A stretch of 64,000 nucleotides of DNA from a virus (Duplodnaviria; Heunggongvirae; Uroviricota; Caudoviricetes): the IMG/VR virus record IMGVR_UViG_3300024268_000040; one strand, written 5' to 3'. How positions within the stretch are numbered: the stretch's first letter is position 1; every line of letters starts with the position of its first letter. The notes under the pieces were generated by a model, which saw only the letters and a program-made list of their open reading frames with translations, had not been told where the DNA came from and did no database searches. A program made the position numbers and the translations under genes. Below are positions 10,951 through 19,128 of this stretch, piece after piece.

Positions 10951-11361
10951 TTAACAAACAGGAGTGATTTTATTCAAACTAACTTCTGCTTCAATCTTAT
11001 TAGTGATATAAGCAGTTAAGTCGCCATAAATCTCACTTAAATATTTCTTTGCATCATCAGTTAATACTGTCATAACAGCATTAAATGTCAAATCAAAAGC
11101 TTCTTTTTGAGCTTCTTTAGTAAATGCATTTTCCTTCTTTAATGCGTCAACATATGTCTGAGTAGTAGCAATAACACAAGCACAAATAGTATCATCGAGC
11201 ATTGCGATGTATTTATCCGCAGTATCATTATCAACCTTGTTTTGAATTTCTGCACTTTTTGCATTAATAAACTTTACCACATAGGCAGTTAATACACCTA
11301 ATAGAGGAATAACACATACTTGTAAAATTTCATATAATAATGGTAACCATTCCATAATCAA
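10951..11361 (-). CDS. Membrane protein, possibly a second holin (LLH-like).
   Basis: 136 aa with an N-terminal TM helix (MIMEWLPLLYEILQVCVIPLLGVL) and a charged amphipathic remainder. Last gene of a minus-strand late operon. Confidence 0.35.
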   Translation of the reverse strand: MIMEWLPLLYEILQVCVIPLLGVLTAYVVKFINAKSAEIQNKVDNDTADKYIAMLDDTICACVIATTQTYVDALKKENAFTKEAQKEAFDLTFNAVMTVLTDDAKKYLSEIYGDLTAYITNKIEAEVSLNKITPVC

Positions 11362-11549
11362 TCTTCCTCTCCAGTATGATCAATGCCCATCAACTTATCT
11401 ACACATTCAGTAAGGCTATTAATCATTTCTTGTAACCAATGGTCGCTTAAATCAGACCATTCTTTTACTTTTTTAATATAGGCGTCTTGCTCTTTAATTT
11501 GGCGCTCAAGTACTTCAATACGAGCTAATAATTCTGCATTGGTAGGCAT
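11358..11549 (-). CDS. Small coiled-coil protein.
   Basis: 63 aa. SD (aaggag) upstream on the minus strand. ATGA overlap with the downstream gene. Confidence 0.35.
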   Translation of the reverse strand: MPTNAELLARIEVLERQIKEQDAYIKKVKEWSDLSDHWLQEMINSLTECVDKLMGIDHTGEED

Positions 11550-11646
11550 TTTTAATTCTCCTTTACTTCATTAAAATTCGGATTTTATTCCGTATTATTT
11601 ATAAAATTTTAATATTAAATAACAAATGAGGTTTGACCAATTTAAA

Positions 11647-12240
11647 TTATCCGCCACACTATTTCCAATTAGTACCATCAACGCATATCCAAGGAATGCA
11701 TTGTTTCCAATTAGTACCATCAACACAAATCCAAGGTAATGCTCGTTGCCAGTTTGTCCCATCTGTATTTATCCATACCGTATTACCATCATAAGTTGCA
11801 TAAATGCTACAGCTGGTCATAAGATAACAAGACCATACTGCATCTGGATACCAAATATAAAAATAATAAGTAGTATTAGGTGATAACGATAAATTCTAAA
11901 TATTAAAAGTTACTGTTGAAGTAGCCTAATATACGGTTCTTGGAACAACTACTGTAGTTGTGCGAGTCTATTTTTTTAAAGTGTCAAAACTTGTAATTTT
12001 TGTAGATGTAATAAGTACATTATAAGTTTTCTAAGAAGTTGCTGAGCCGCTATATTTATCATAAGCATCAAAAGTAATGCTTAAGCTTGTTGTTTTGCCA
12101 CTAGACGGAGTTACAAACGGAATACCGCAAGCATAAAAAACAGAGTATTCAGTTTCATATCCGAACCATCGCCGGTCATCTCTGCCATTAGAGTGACATG
12201 GAACATAATTATCTTGTTGTGCTATATTTCCACTTTGCAT
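11647..12240 (-). CDS. Fiber-associated protein with a C-terminal tandem 12-aa repeat (L/I)PWICVDGTNW(K/Q) x3; several in-frame TAGs.
   Basis: Traced in frame from ATG at c(12238..12240) to TAA at c(11647..11649). SD aagggag 8 nt upstream. Starts 13 nt after the fiber-3 stop. The N-terminal ~35 aa of listed ORF 12031..12342 is antisense overlap and was ignored. Confidence 0.45.
11650..11765. repeat. Direct tandem DNA repeat of ~39 nt, about 2.5 copies.
   Basis: tttccaattagtaccatcaacgcatatccaaggaatgca, then ttgtttccaattagtaccatcaacacaaatccaaggtaatgct. Confidence 0.6.
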
Positions 12241-12253
12241 AATATTTACTCCC

Positions 12254-14329
12254 TTATCCAATAGTCTAATAATAAAGCGTGCCAACTCGAGCATTACCAC
12301 TAGGTTGATTTGCACCAAAATTGTGACAAGTATCTCCAGCATTAACTTTAATACCTATTTCGTATCCAACATCAGAAGGAATAGTATCCCAAAATCCATA
12401 ATTCTAAATAGAAGAATACCATTGATAAGATTCTAAAACAGTAATGTTTGCCTAAGAATAATTAACGTATTTCATCCACATGGTAAAATTACCAGTACTC
12501 TCATTATAATAGGCTTTAAAATCATCAATTCCATAAGGGCAAGAGCCATTATAGTTTAAACTTCCAACAAGAGGGGCCAAACCAGCGCTATTAACATCTA
12601 AAGTTAGACTAAAAATTCCAGTGCCCTAATATCTAGATGAAATTGCTAATACTAACCGAGCATTTCGCCATCCCCCAAGAGTCTCTTGGCAAATTTTTAC
12701 CCATTTTCCATTGTGAGTGCCAGGTTCGCCCCACATCGCAGTGGTTGATGTAAGTCTATTAGCTGTAGAAGCCTATCCTGCCGTGGTAGCATAATTTGCG
12801 GTACCTGTAAAATAATTAGCATGAATAGTCGCATCACCATTTGGTCCTCCAAAAACAAATTTAGTTGGAATAGGTCTAGCATCTGTTGCACGATATCCCA
12901 TATAAATTGTTGAATCTATATAGTTATTAGTGCCACCGAAATTAATTTCATTATTTTTCTCTGCTACAATACTCATAGTTCCATCACCTATGTTAATATG
13001 ACTATGAGATTGTGGTTTAAAAGATTCTTCACTTATTTCAGTTGAATCACTTGGTAAAATTGTATTAAATTGTGCAGTATGAACCCAATTATTTACATAT
13101 CTACCATTTAATAAAGAAACATCCCAATAACCATAACTATTTCCACCATATACTGCAACATATAAATATAATCTATTATTTGTAGCATCTTTATATAAAT
13201 AAAATGTTCGTTTTATTTTTCCTCCTATTTGCACTCTAGAAGTAGAATAACCAAAACCACCATTAGTATCACTCTATACTGTAATTAAATCAGATGAAGA
13301 ATGCTAATTTCCCCAAAAAGAACTGCTAACGCATAACACCCAACTCTAAAATTCAGAACCAACTTGAAAATATCCAAGTTCTAAAATATGTGTATCAGCA
13401 TCTGCGTAAAATCCTCCCCATGCTGTTCCATTATAAATAAGAGCTGATGCACCAGTAATGTTAATACCCCAAGTGCCAGAAGCTCCTCCGCCTGTTAAAG
13501 TTGGAGAGTATAAATTATAATTGGCAGAAGTTAGTAAAGTATGCCATGGAATATCAGTTAAAGTAGCATTAGGTTTTTGTATTCCTCTAATTGCAAATCC
13601 GTACTAACTACTTCCTGCAATTTGCATTTTACACACACCATCATGAAAATTTACACATCCGTAATATCCATCCCAGGGTTTTGCACCAGAAACTGTCACT
13701 TCATTTGATGCACGTACTTCAAAAAATCCGTTAAAAGTCAAATTATCAATATTATAAGAATTTCCAACATCTTCCCGAGTGAGTGTGTAGAAACCTCCAT
13801 TATTAGGTGTTAAAATTTTATAATTAGTACCATTTTTACGATGATATATATCAGTGTTATAGGTCTCAAGATAAATACTTTTTCCACTATTACCAGACCC
13901 GTAAACTGCCAAAAACAATCCATCTGATGAATTAGCAGCTAAATATGCATCTGTATTAATGTTTGTAAATCTTAAAGCATATTCAGCTTTTAATATAGCA
14001 GAATCTCCATGAAAATTAATACCATAAACATCAGCCCATCTAACAGTTGGTCCACCTAAATTATAAATGGCATCTCCTATTGGATAAAAAGTATTACTAT
14101 TCATGCGAAAACGAGGTTCTGCCTAAGTGTAAAATACTAAATCATTATTATTCGCATAACCGCTGCTAGCCATTCCACCAATACCAGCCCATTTAACTGA
14201 ACTATCACTAGCATTTAAAAATTTTATGCCTGGACCCCATCCAGTCGAATTGTAATTTAATGTTTGATGAAGTACCAAAGGCCAACTCTAACCATCGAGG
14301 TTAGATACATTAATTTTTAAAGCACCCAT
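12254..14329 (-). CDS. Tail fiber paralog 3 (~691 codons, many TAGs).
   Basis: Start MGALKINVSNLDG-Q-... behind the conserved leader. The frame was followed through listed ORFs 13604..14104 and 12773..13234 and the gaps between them, which contain only TAG. TAA at 12254-12256. Confidence 0.65.
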
Positions 14330-14440
14330 ATAAAATCTTCCTTTCTCTCAAAAATAAAAAGAGTTAAATTCTATTTCTAATAAAATATGAAAAATCTCAT
14401 GTATGTTTTTTTTTTTCTTTGGGCCAAATAAATTTAATTA
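14330..14440 (-). promoter_or_regulatory. Conserved late leader, copy 3.
   Basis: The reverse complement aligns with 9003-9098: ggcccaaagaaaaaaa...attagaaatagaatttaactctttttatttttgagagaaaggaagatttt. Confidence 0.5.
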
Positions 14441-14460
14441 TTCCGATCAGAGAAATTTGA

Positions 14461-14489
14461 GTTGATTTTTCAAAAAAATAATGGTATAA
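14461..14489 (+). promoter_or_regulatory. Sigma-70/sigma-A-type promoter, TTGATT-17-TATAAT with TG extension.
   Basis: ttgatt tttcaaaaaaataatgg tataat. Confidence 0.5.
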
Positions 14490-14533
14490 TATAACTACAA
14501 GAAAAATCTCAAGAAATTTGAAAGGAGAACGAT

Positions 14534-14866
14534 ATGTCAGATTATGGCGTAAAAGACATAAAGACGCTTGAAGGCATCGAAGCGATTAGACTTCGTCCTG
14601 GTATGATAGATTATTGTATTGAGCATCAGTATGAACTTCCACGAAGATTACAATATTATGCTAAATATTATCCAAATGTATCATTTTCCCAAGCATTGGA
14701 GTTATATTCTTTGTCTGTTCGAGAGGTTATTGTTCTTTTCCAAGCCAAACATTTATTTGACGCTTCTTTAAGTTTTGGTCGTGGTCTTATTTATGCAAGA
14801 GACAAATGGCTTGAAAAAATGTCCCAAGCAGAAAAAATTGCGGCCGCATACCTACTGGCGGAATAA
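14534..14866 (+). CDS. Small protein whose first ~25 aa duplicate the N-terminal arm of the topoisomerase B subunit.
   Basis: MSDYGVKDIKTLEGIEAIRLRPGMI matches AEYGVNQIKTLEGIEAIRLRAGMYI at the start of the 15695 gene. The DNA differs almost entirely at synonymous sites. The rest is unrelated sequence. Confidence 0.5.
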   Translation: MSDYGVKDIKTLEGIEAIRLRPGMIDYCIEHQYELPRRLQYYAKYYPNVSFSQALELYSLSVREVIVLFQAKHLFDASLSFGRGLIYARDKWLEKMSQAEKIAAAYLLAE

Positions 14867-14963
14867 GGGTCAGTTTCACCGATTTCGTCCCGGCATTGGT
14901 CCGGAATGGAAAATTGACTTTTATCAATTTTTATGATATAATAGAAAGGTAAGGTGAATTTCT

Positions 14964-15716
14964 ATGTATCAAATTTATAAAATAACTAATCAAAAAAATG
15001 GAATGGTCTATATTGGTTCATCAATTGAAGTTGAACGCAGATGGAGACAACATAAAGAAGCTTCCATTAATGAGAAAGACCATCATTATAATTATCCTTT
15101 AATGATTGCTTTTAGAGAGTTCGGTATTGATAATTTTACTTTTGAGATTATTGAAACTCTACCTTCTTGGGAAGAGATGATTGAAGCCGAACATAATTGG
15201 ATTGTAAAAGAAGATTGTGTAAAACCAAAAGGCTACAATCAGACTGATAAAACTGATAGCCCAATGTTTGATCCCTCTATCGCAAAAAAAATGAGTGATA
15301 CTAAACGAGTTAAATATGGTAAAAAAGTTTGTGAAATCTCTTCTAATAAAGAAATTGTCGGAGCATGGAATTCGTTAGCAGAAGCTGGTGAAAACACGGG
15401 TCTTGACCGATTTAAGATTAGTGATGTGTGCAATGGCCGACGTTTAACCACCGGAGGTAGAGTGTTTAGATTTACTGATGAAGAAGGTAATTTAATTGAA
15501 CCTGAAATAAAAGTAAATAAAACTCAAACCAGTAGAATTACAAAATCCAGTAGGAAAGTTGTAAAAATGAATGATAATAATGAAGAATTACAAGTTTATG
15601 ATAGCGTAGCACGTGCGGCCGCAGATAATAATTGCGACGCAAGTGCCATATCAAAAGTTTGTAACGGTTCAAGAAATAAATGTGGAGGTTTTAAATGGAA
15701 ATACCTAACAATGTAA
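14964..15716 (+). CDS. GIY-YIG homing endonuclease, free-standing, standard alphabet (no TAG).
   Basis: IYKITNQKNGMVYIGSS...RRWRQH motif set, with a C-terminal DNA-binding region. Inserted between the gyrB-arm ORF and the full topoisomerase gene. Confidence 0.85.
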   Translation: MYQIYKITNQKNGMVYIGSSIEVERRWRQHKEASINEKDHHYNYPLMIAFREFGIDNFTFEIIETLPSWEEMIEAEHNWIVKEDCVKPKGYNQTDKTDSPMFDPSIAKKMSDTKRVKYGKKVCEISSNKEIVGAWNSLAEAGENTGLDRFKISDVCNGRRLTTGGRVFRFTDEEGNLIEPEIKVNKTQTSRITKSSRKVVKMNDNNEELQVYDSVARAAADNNCDASAISKVCNGSRNKCGGFKWKYLTM

Positions 15717-17614
15717 ATAATGCTGAATATGGCGTTAATCAAATTAAAACCTTGGAAGGAATTGAAGCAATTCGTCTTCGTGCGGGAATGTATATCGGAA
15801 GTGTTGGACCCGAAGGTGTCAGACACATCACACTCGAAATCATTTCTAATGCAGTTGATGAATATTTAAATGGACATTGTACTCATTGCACCATTGACGT
15901 TGGAGAAGATGGCGTAATTTGTATTCATGACAATGGTCGTGGCGTTCCTTTTGGCAAGGCTGAGGATGGTAGTGAAGTTTTAGTTAATGTTTATACCAAG
16001 CTTCATACTGGTGCAAAGTTTGATAGCTCTGGCAAGACTGGCTATAATACCTCCGGTGGTATGAATGGTGTCGGTGCTAAAGCAACAAATGCATTGTCTG
16101 AAATTTTTACTGTTGTATCTTATCGTGACGGTAAAAAGGCTACAGCCGAATTTGCTCGTGGCGAGTTATTAAAATATAATGAAGTACAAGATCCCAATCA
16201 AAAAGTTACCGGCACAGCTATTATGTTTAAACCAGATGCCACCATTTTTAAAGAAGGCATTATGCTTGAATACGCTCCTCTCAAGAAGCAAATCCAAGAG
16301 TTAGCTTACTTATCTCCTGGCTTAGTATTTGAACTAAACTATAAAGACACTAAAGAAACTATTACTTCTCAAAACGGTATTCGTGATTACATTAATGACC
16401 TAAACGATGGTAAAAATAAAGTAACTTCTGTATTCTATACTGAAAGTATGGAAGATAGAATTGGTGTAAAAATTGCTATGCAATATAATGATACTTATAC
16501 TGATATGTATCGCTTATATACCAACTCCATTCCCAATAGTGCGGGAACCCACTTGACCGGTTTCAGAACCGCGCTCACTTCTACAATCAACGAGTATGCT
16601 CGTGAAAAAAAGCTACTCAAAGAAAAAGATGCCAATATTACTGGTGAAGAATTGAAGGAAGGTTTAGTTCTTGTCCTGTCCTTCATTATGCCTGACCCTG
16701 TTTTCTCCGGTCAGACAAAGGATGTTCTCTCCAGTAGTGAGGCTCGTACCGCAGTACAACGATTGACCGCAAGAGAAATTAAAGTTTGGCTTGATGCAAA
16801 TCCAAAAGATGCCAAAGCAATCGTAGATAAGGCTCTTCTGGCTCGTGCGGCCCGTGAAAAGGCAAAGAAAGCCAAGGAAACCGTGCGGAAGGTCGATAAT
16901 AAGCGGCGTGTACTCTTACCTGATGTATTGAGTGATGCCAACTCTAAGGATCGTCACCTCTGTGAAGTATTCCTCGTTGAGGGTAAATCCGCTGCCGGTA
17001 CTACAATCGAAGCTCGTGACCGCAATACCCAGGCTGTTTTCCAGCTTCGTGGTAAGATTTTGAATGTTTTGAAAACTGATTTACATAAGGCTCTTCAGAA
17101 TAAGGAAATTAGCGGTATGATTGACGCCTTCGGTTTGGAAGTTAAAGATGGTAAGGTTATCGTTGATGAATCTAAGCTGAGATATGGCAAGATTATTATC
17201 ACCGCGGATGCTGATGTCGACGGAAGCCACATTCGAGTCCTGTTCCTTACATTCATTTGGAAATTCTGTCCCGAGCTTATTGAAAAGGGATATATTTATG
17301 CAGCAGTACCTCCTCTATATAAAGCAACATATGGTACCAATATCAAGTATCTCGTAAATGATGCTGCGCTCAATGAATTTAGAGCTGGTATGAAGAGATC
17401 TTTTGAGCTGGGTCGTATGAAAGGCTTAGGTGAGATGGACCCAGATGAAATGGCTGAAACTGTTATGAATGCTAAGACTCGTATTCTTAAACAGATTACT
17501 ATGGAAGACGCAGCAGCAGTCGCGCAGACATTTATGAGTTTAATGGGAGAGTCGGTTACGCCCAGAAAGAAGTTCATTGAAGAGAACTCTTGGAGGGCTA
17601 ATATTGATGTCTGA
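15695..17614 (+). CDS. Type IIA DNA topoisomerase ATPase/TOPRIM subunit (GyrB/ParE/T4 gp39-like), 639 aa, TAG-free.
   Basis: GHKL motifs (EIISNAVDE, DNGRGVP, GG.NGVG). TOPRIM motifs (LVEGKSAAG, ADADVDGSHI). Confidence 0.9.
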   Translation: MEIPNNVNNAEYGVNQIKTLEGIEAIRLRAGMYIGSVGPEGVRHITLEIISNAVDEYLNGHCTHCTIDVGEDGVICIHDNGRGVPFGKAEDGSEVLVNVYTKLHTGAKFDSSGKTGYNTSGGMNGVGAKATNALSEIFTVVSYRDGKKATAEFARGELLKYNEVQDPNQKVTGTAIMFKPDATIFKEGIMLEYAPLKKQIQELAYLSPGLVFELNYKDTKETITSQNGIRDYINDLNDGKNKVTSVFYTESMEDRIGVKIAMQYNDTYTDMYRLYTNSIPNSAGTHLTGFRTALTSTINEYAREKKLLKEKDANITGEELKEGLVLVLSFIMPDPVFSGQTKDVLSSSEARTAVQRLTAREIKVWLDANPKDAKAIVDKALLARAAREKAKKAKETVRKVDNKRRVLLPDVLSDANSKDRHLCEVFLVEGKSAAGTTIEARDRNTQAVFQLRGKILNVLKTDLHKALQNKEISGMIDAFGLEVKDGKVIVDESKLRYGKIIITADADVDGSHIRVLFLTFIWKFCPELIEKGYIYAAVPPLYKATYGTNIKYLVNDAALNEFRAGMKRSFELGRMKGLGEMDPDEMAETVMNAKTRILKQITMEDAAAVAQTFMSLMGESVTPRKKFIEENSWRANIDV

Positions 17615-17837
17615 GTATCATGGATACTGGTTTTATGGGTTGAGAAATGATGAAATTATCCAAGCAAAAGATTTAGCTGAAGAGTATTGTCTTTTGAATT
17701 GTCCCCAGGAATATGATGGGCCATTCACATATGAAGCATAGGTGATTCGTTATCGCCTTGCCAATCCAACCCTAAGTCGCGATTTCAATCAAATGCTAAA
17801 AGATATGGAGAAATTTTATTATGGCGAATGTAATTAA
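17607..17837 (+). CDS. Small hypothetical protein with one TAG (17739).
   Basis: ATG overlaps the topoB stop. 76 codons ending at TAA. Confidence 0.3.
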
Positions 17838-18055
17838 GATCGCACCTTGCGATACAGTTCTCGTCACTATTGGCAATGATGTTGATCTTGATGAATATAG
17901 AGCTATTGCCGATCGCTTCATCGAGAATCTTCACACATAGAATGTAATTCTAATGCCAGAATATGCAGTAAAAGATATTACAGTATTCAAGCGTGAGCTT
18001 ACTGGCACGAGTAATATGTTTTTGAATGGAGGATGCCTATATGAGTAGTCTTACT
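17821..18055 (+). CDS. Small hypothetical protein with internal TAG(s).
   Basis: MANVIKIAPCDTVLVTIGNDVDLDEY... open frame ending at TAA ~18053. Confidence 0.25.
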
Positions 18056-18445
18056 AATGGCGAGTGGTATCCCGACGATCAAATTTATTACTTACCTACA
18101 AATAAAATTGGTATTGGTACAGTAGACTCTACCAAGGCTGTAATTGAACCATTTAAAGGATATGATATTCAAACCATTGAAGTCAAACCCAATGATGTAC
18201 TTTTACTTCGCATTTCTGATAATTTAGATTTGCATACCTGTGAAGAAATCCAGAGAGAGATGAATGAAACATTTCCCAATAATGTAACTTTATTGTGTAA
18301 CGACCACATTTTCAAAGGTTTGACGATTTTGCGAGGCAACACTGCTAAGCGCATTGATGATACTGTGGATATTTACTCTGGAATCAATGTAGATAAATTA
18401 TTTGACCATATAATGAAAGGACACCCCAATGATTTTCTATACTGA
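18041..18445 (+). CDS. Hypothetical protein.
   Basis: SD ggagga 7 nt before ATG 18041 inside listed ORF 18026..18445. Confidence 0.45.
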   Translation: MSSLTNGEWYPDDQIYYLPTNKIGIGTVDSTKAVIEPFKGYDIQTIEVKPNDVLLLRISDNLDLHTCEEIQREMNETFPNNVTLLCNDHIFKGLTILRGNTAKRIDDTVDIYSGINVDKLFDHIMKGHPNDFLY

Positions 18446-18914
18446 TGGAAGTTGTCTTGGAAATGGAAAAGCAAATGCGACTGGTGGATATGGTATTGTT
18501 GGCATTGACGACCAGGGTCAAGTTGCATTTGTCAGATCCAAGAGATCAAATGACACAACCAATAATCGCGAAGAACTCAAAGCAATTTTATATGTAATGC
18601 TCAACTATGGCGAGAAGTGCGATGATTGGGGTCAGCCTCCGATCGTATATAGCGATTCCGCATACTGCGTCAATACATTTAACGAATGGATGTTCGGTTG
18701 GGCGAGAAAAGGCTGGATCAAAAGTGACAAGAAAACCCCTGAGAATTTGGATTTGATTCAGGCTTATTACGATTGGTACAAACAGGGCTATCGTATTGAT
18801 TTGAGAAAAATCAAAGGTCATGCAGGACATGAGTGGAACGAATTGGCAGACCAGTTAGCTACTGGATATATTTCGGAGGAAGAGGCTTATGCCACGTATA
18901 GCAACTTGGGATGA
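18429..18914 (+). CDS. rnhA: Ribonuclease H (RNase HI family).
   Basis: IFYTDGSC...NNREELKA...YSDSAY...KGHAGHEWNELADQLA catalytic motifs. Confidence 0.85.
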   Translation: MIFYTDGSCLGNGKANATGGYGIVGIDDQGQVAFVRSKRSNDTTNNREELKAILYVMLNYGEKCDDWGQPPIVYSDSAYCVNTFNEWMFGWARKGWIKSDKKTPENLDLIQAYYDWYKQGYRIDLRKIKGHAGHEWNELADQLATGYISEEEAYATYSNLG

Positions 18915-19128
18915 GAAACTGCAATATGTCCGTCCCACCTATGATAAACATTTCAATTTTTTGACGCCAGAAGGAATCGAATATGTCGAAACTTCTGGCA
19001 TCGATGCAGAAGAAATGGAAGTTAAAATTGATATTTTGGCTTCAGAATTATGGTTTTGTCAGCATATGACTGACTATATTTCAAATCTTATAAAAGTACA
19101 ACTAGAAGATGTAAAGGAGGATCCCTAA
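18889..19128 (+). CDS. Hypothetical protein.
   Basis: 79-aa ORF bridging rnhA and the topoA gene. Confidence 0.3.
   Translation: MPRIATWDEKLQYVRPTYDKHFNFLTPEGIEYVETSGIDAEEMEVKIDILASELWFCQHMTDYISNLIKVQLEDVKEDP

Noticed and set aside
11650-11765. Tandem repeats as a CRISPR array
   Set aside because: Only ~2.5 imperfect copies with no spacers. They are in frame inside a coding region and encode a peptide repeat.
12031-12342. N-terminal 35 aa of listed ORF 12031..12342 (MLEILVTILVQINLVVMLELARFIIRLLDKGVNIM)
   Set aside because: It is antisense overlap with the 3' end of fiber 3. The real gene starts at the internal ATG c(12238..12240), which has an SD.
7492-14329. Frameshifts, pseudogenes or a diversity-generating retroelement as the explanation for fragmented, partly similar tail-fiber ORFs
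   Set aside because: All fragments of each fiber are in one frame and separated only by TAG. The same TAG read-through appears in conserved enzymes at Gln positions. No reverse transcriptase gene is present. The differences between the similar fiber blocks are not adenine-specific.
14534-15790. Intein or group I intron interrupting the topoisomerase B gene
   Set aside because: The downstream topoisomerase gene has its own start and full N-terminus. The upstream copy duplicates 25 aa rather than supplying a missing exon. No intron core elements were seen.
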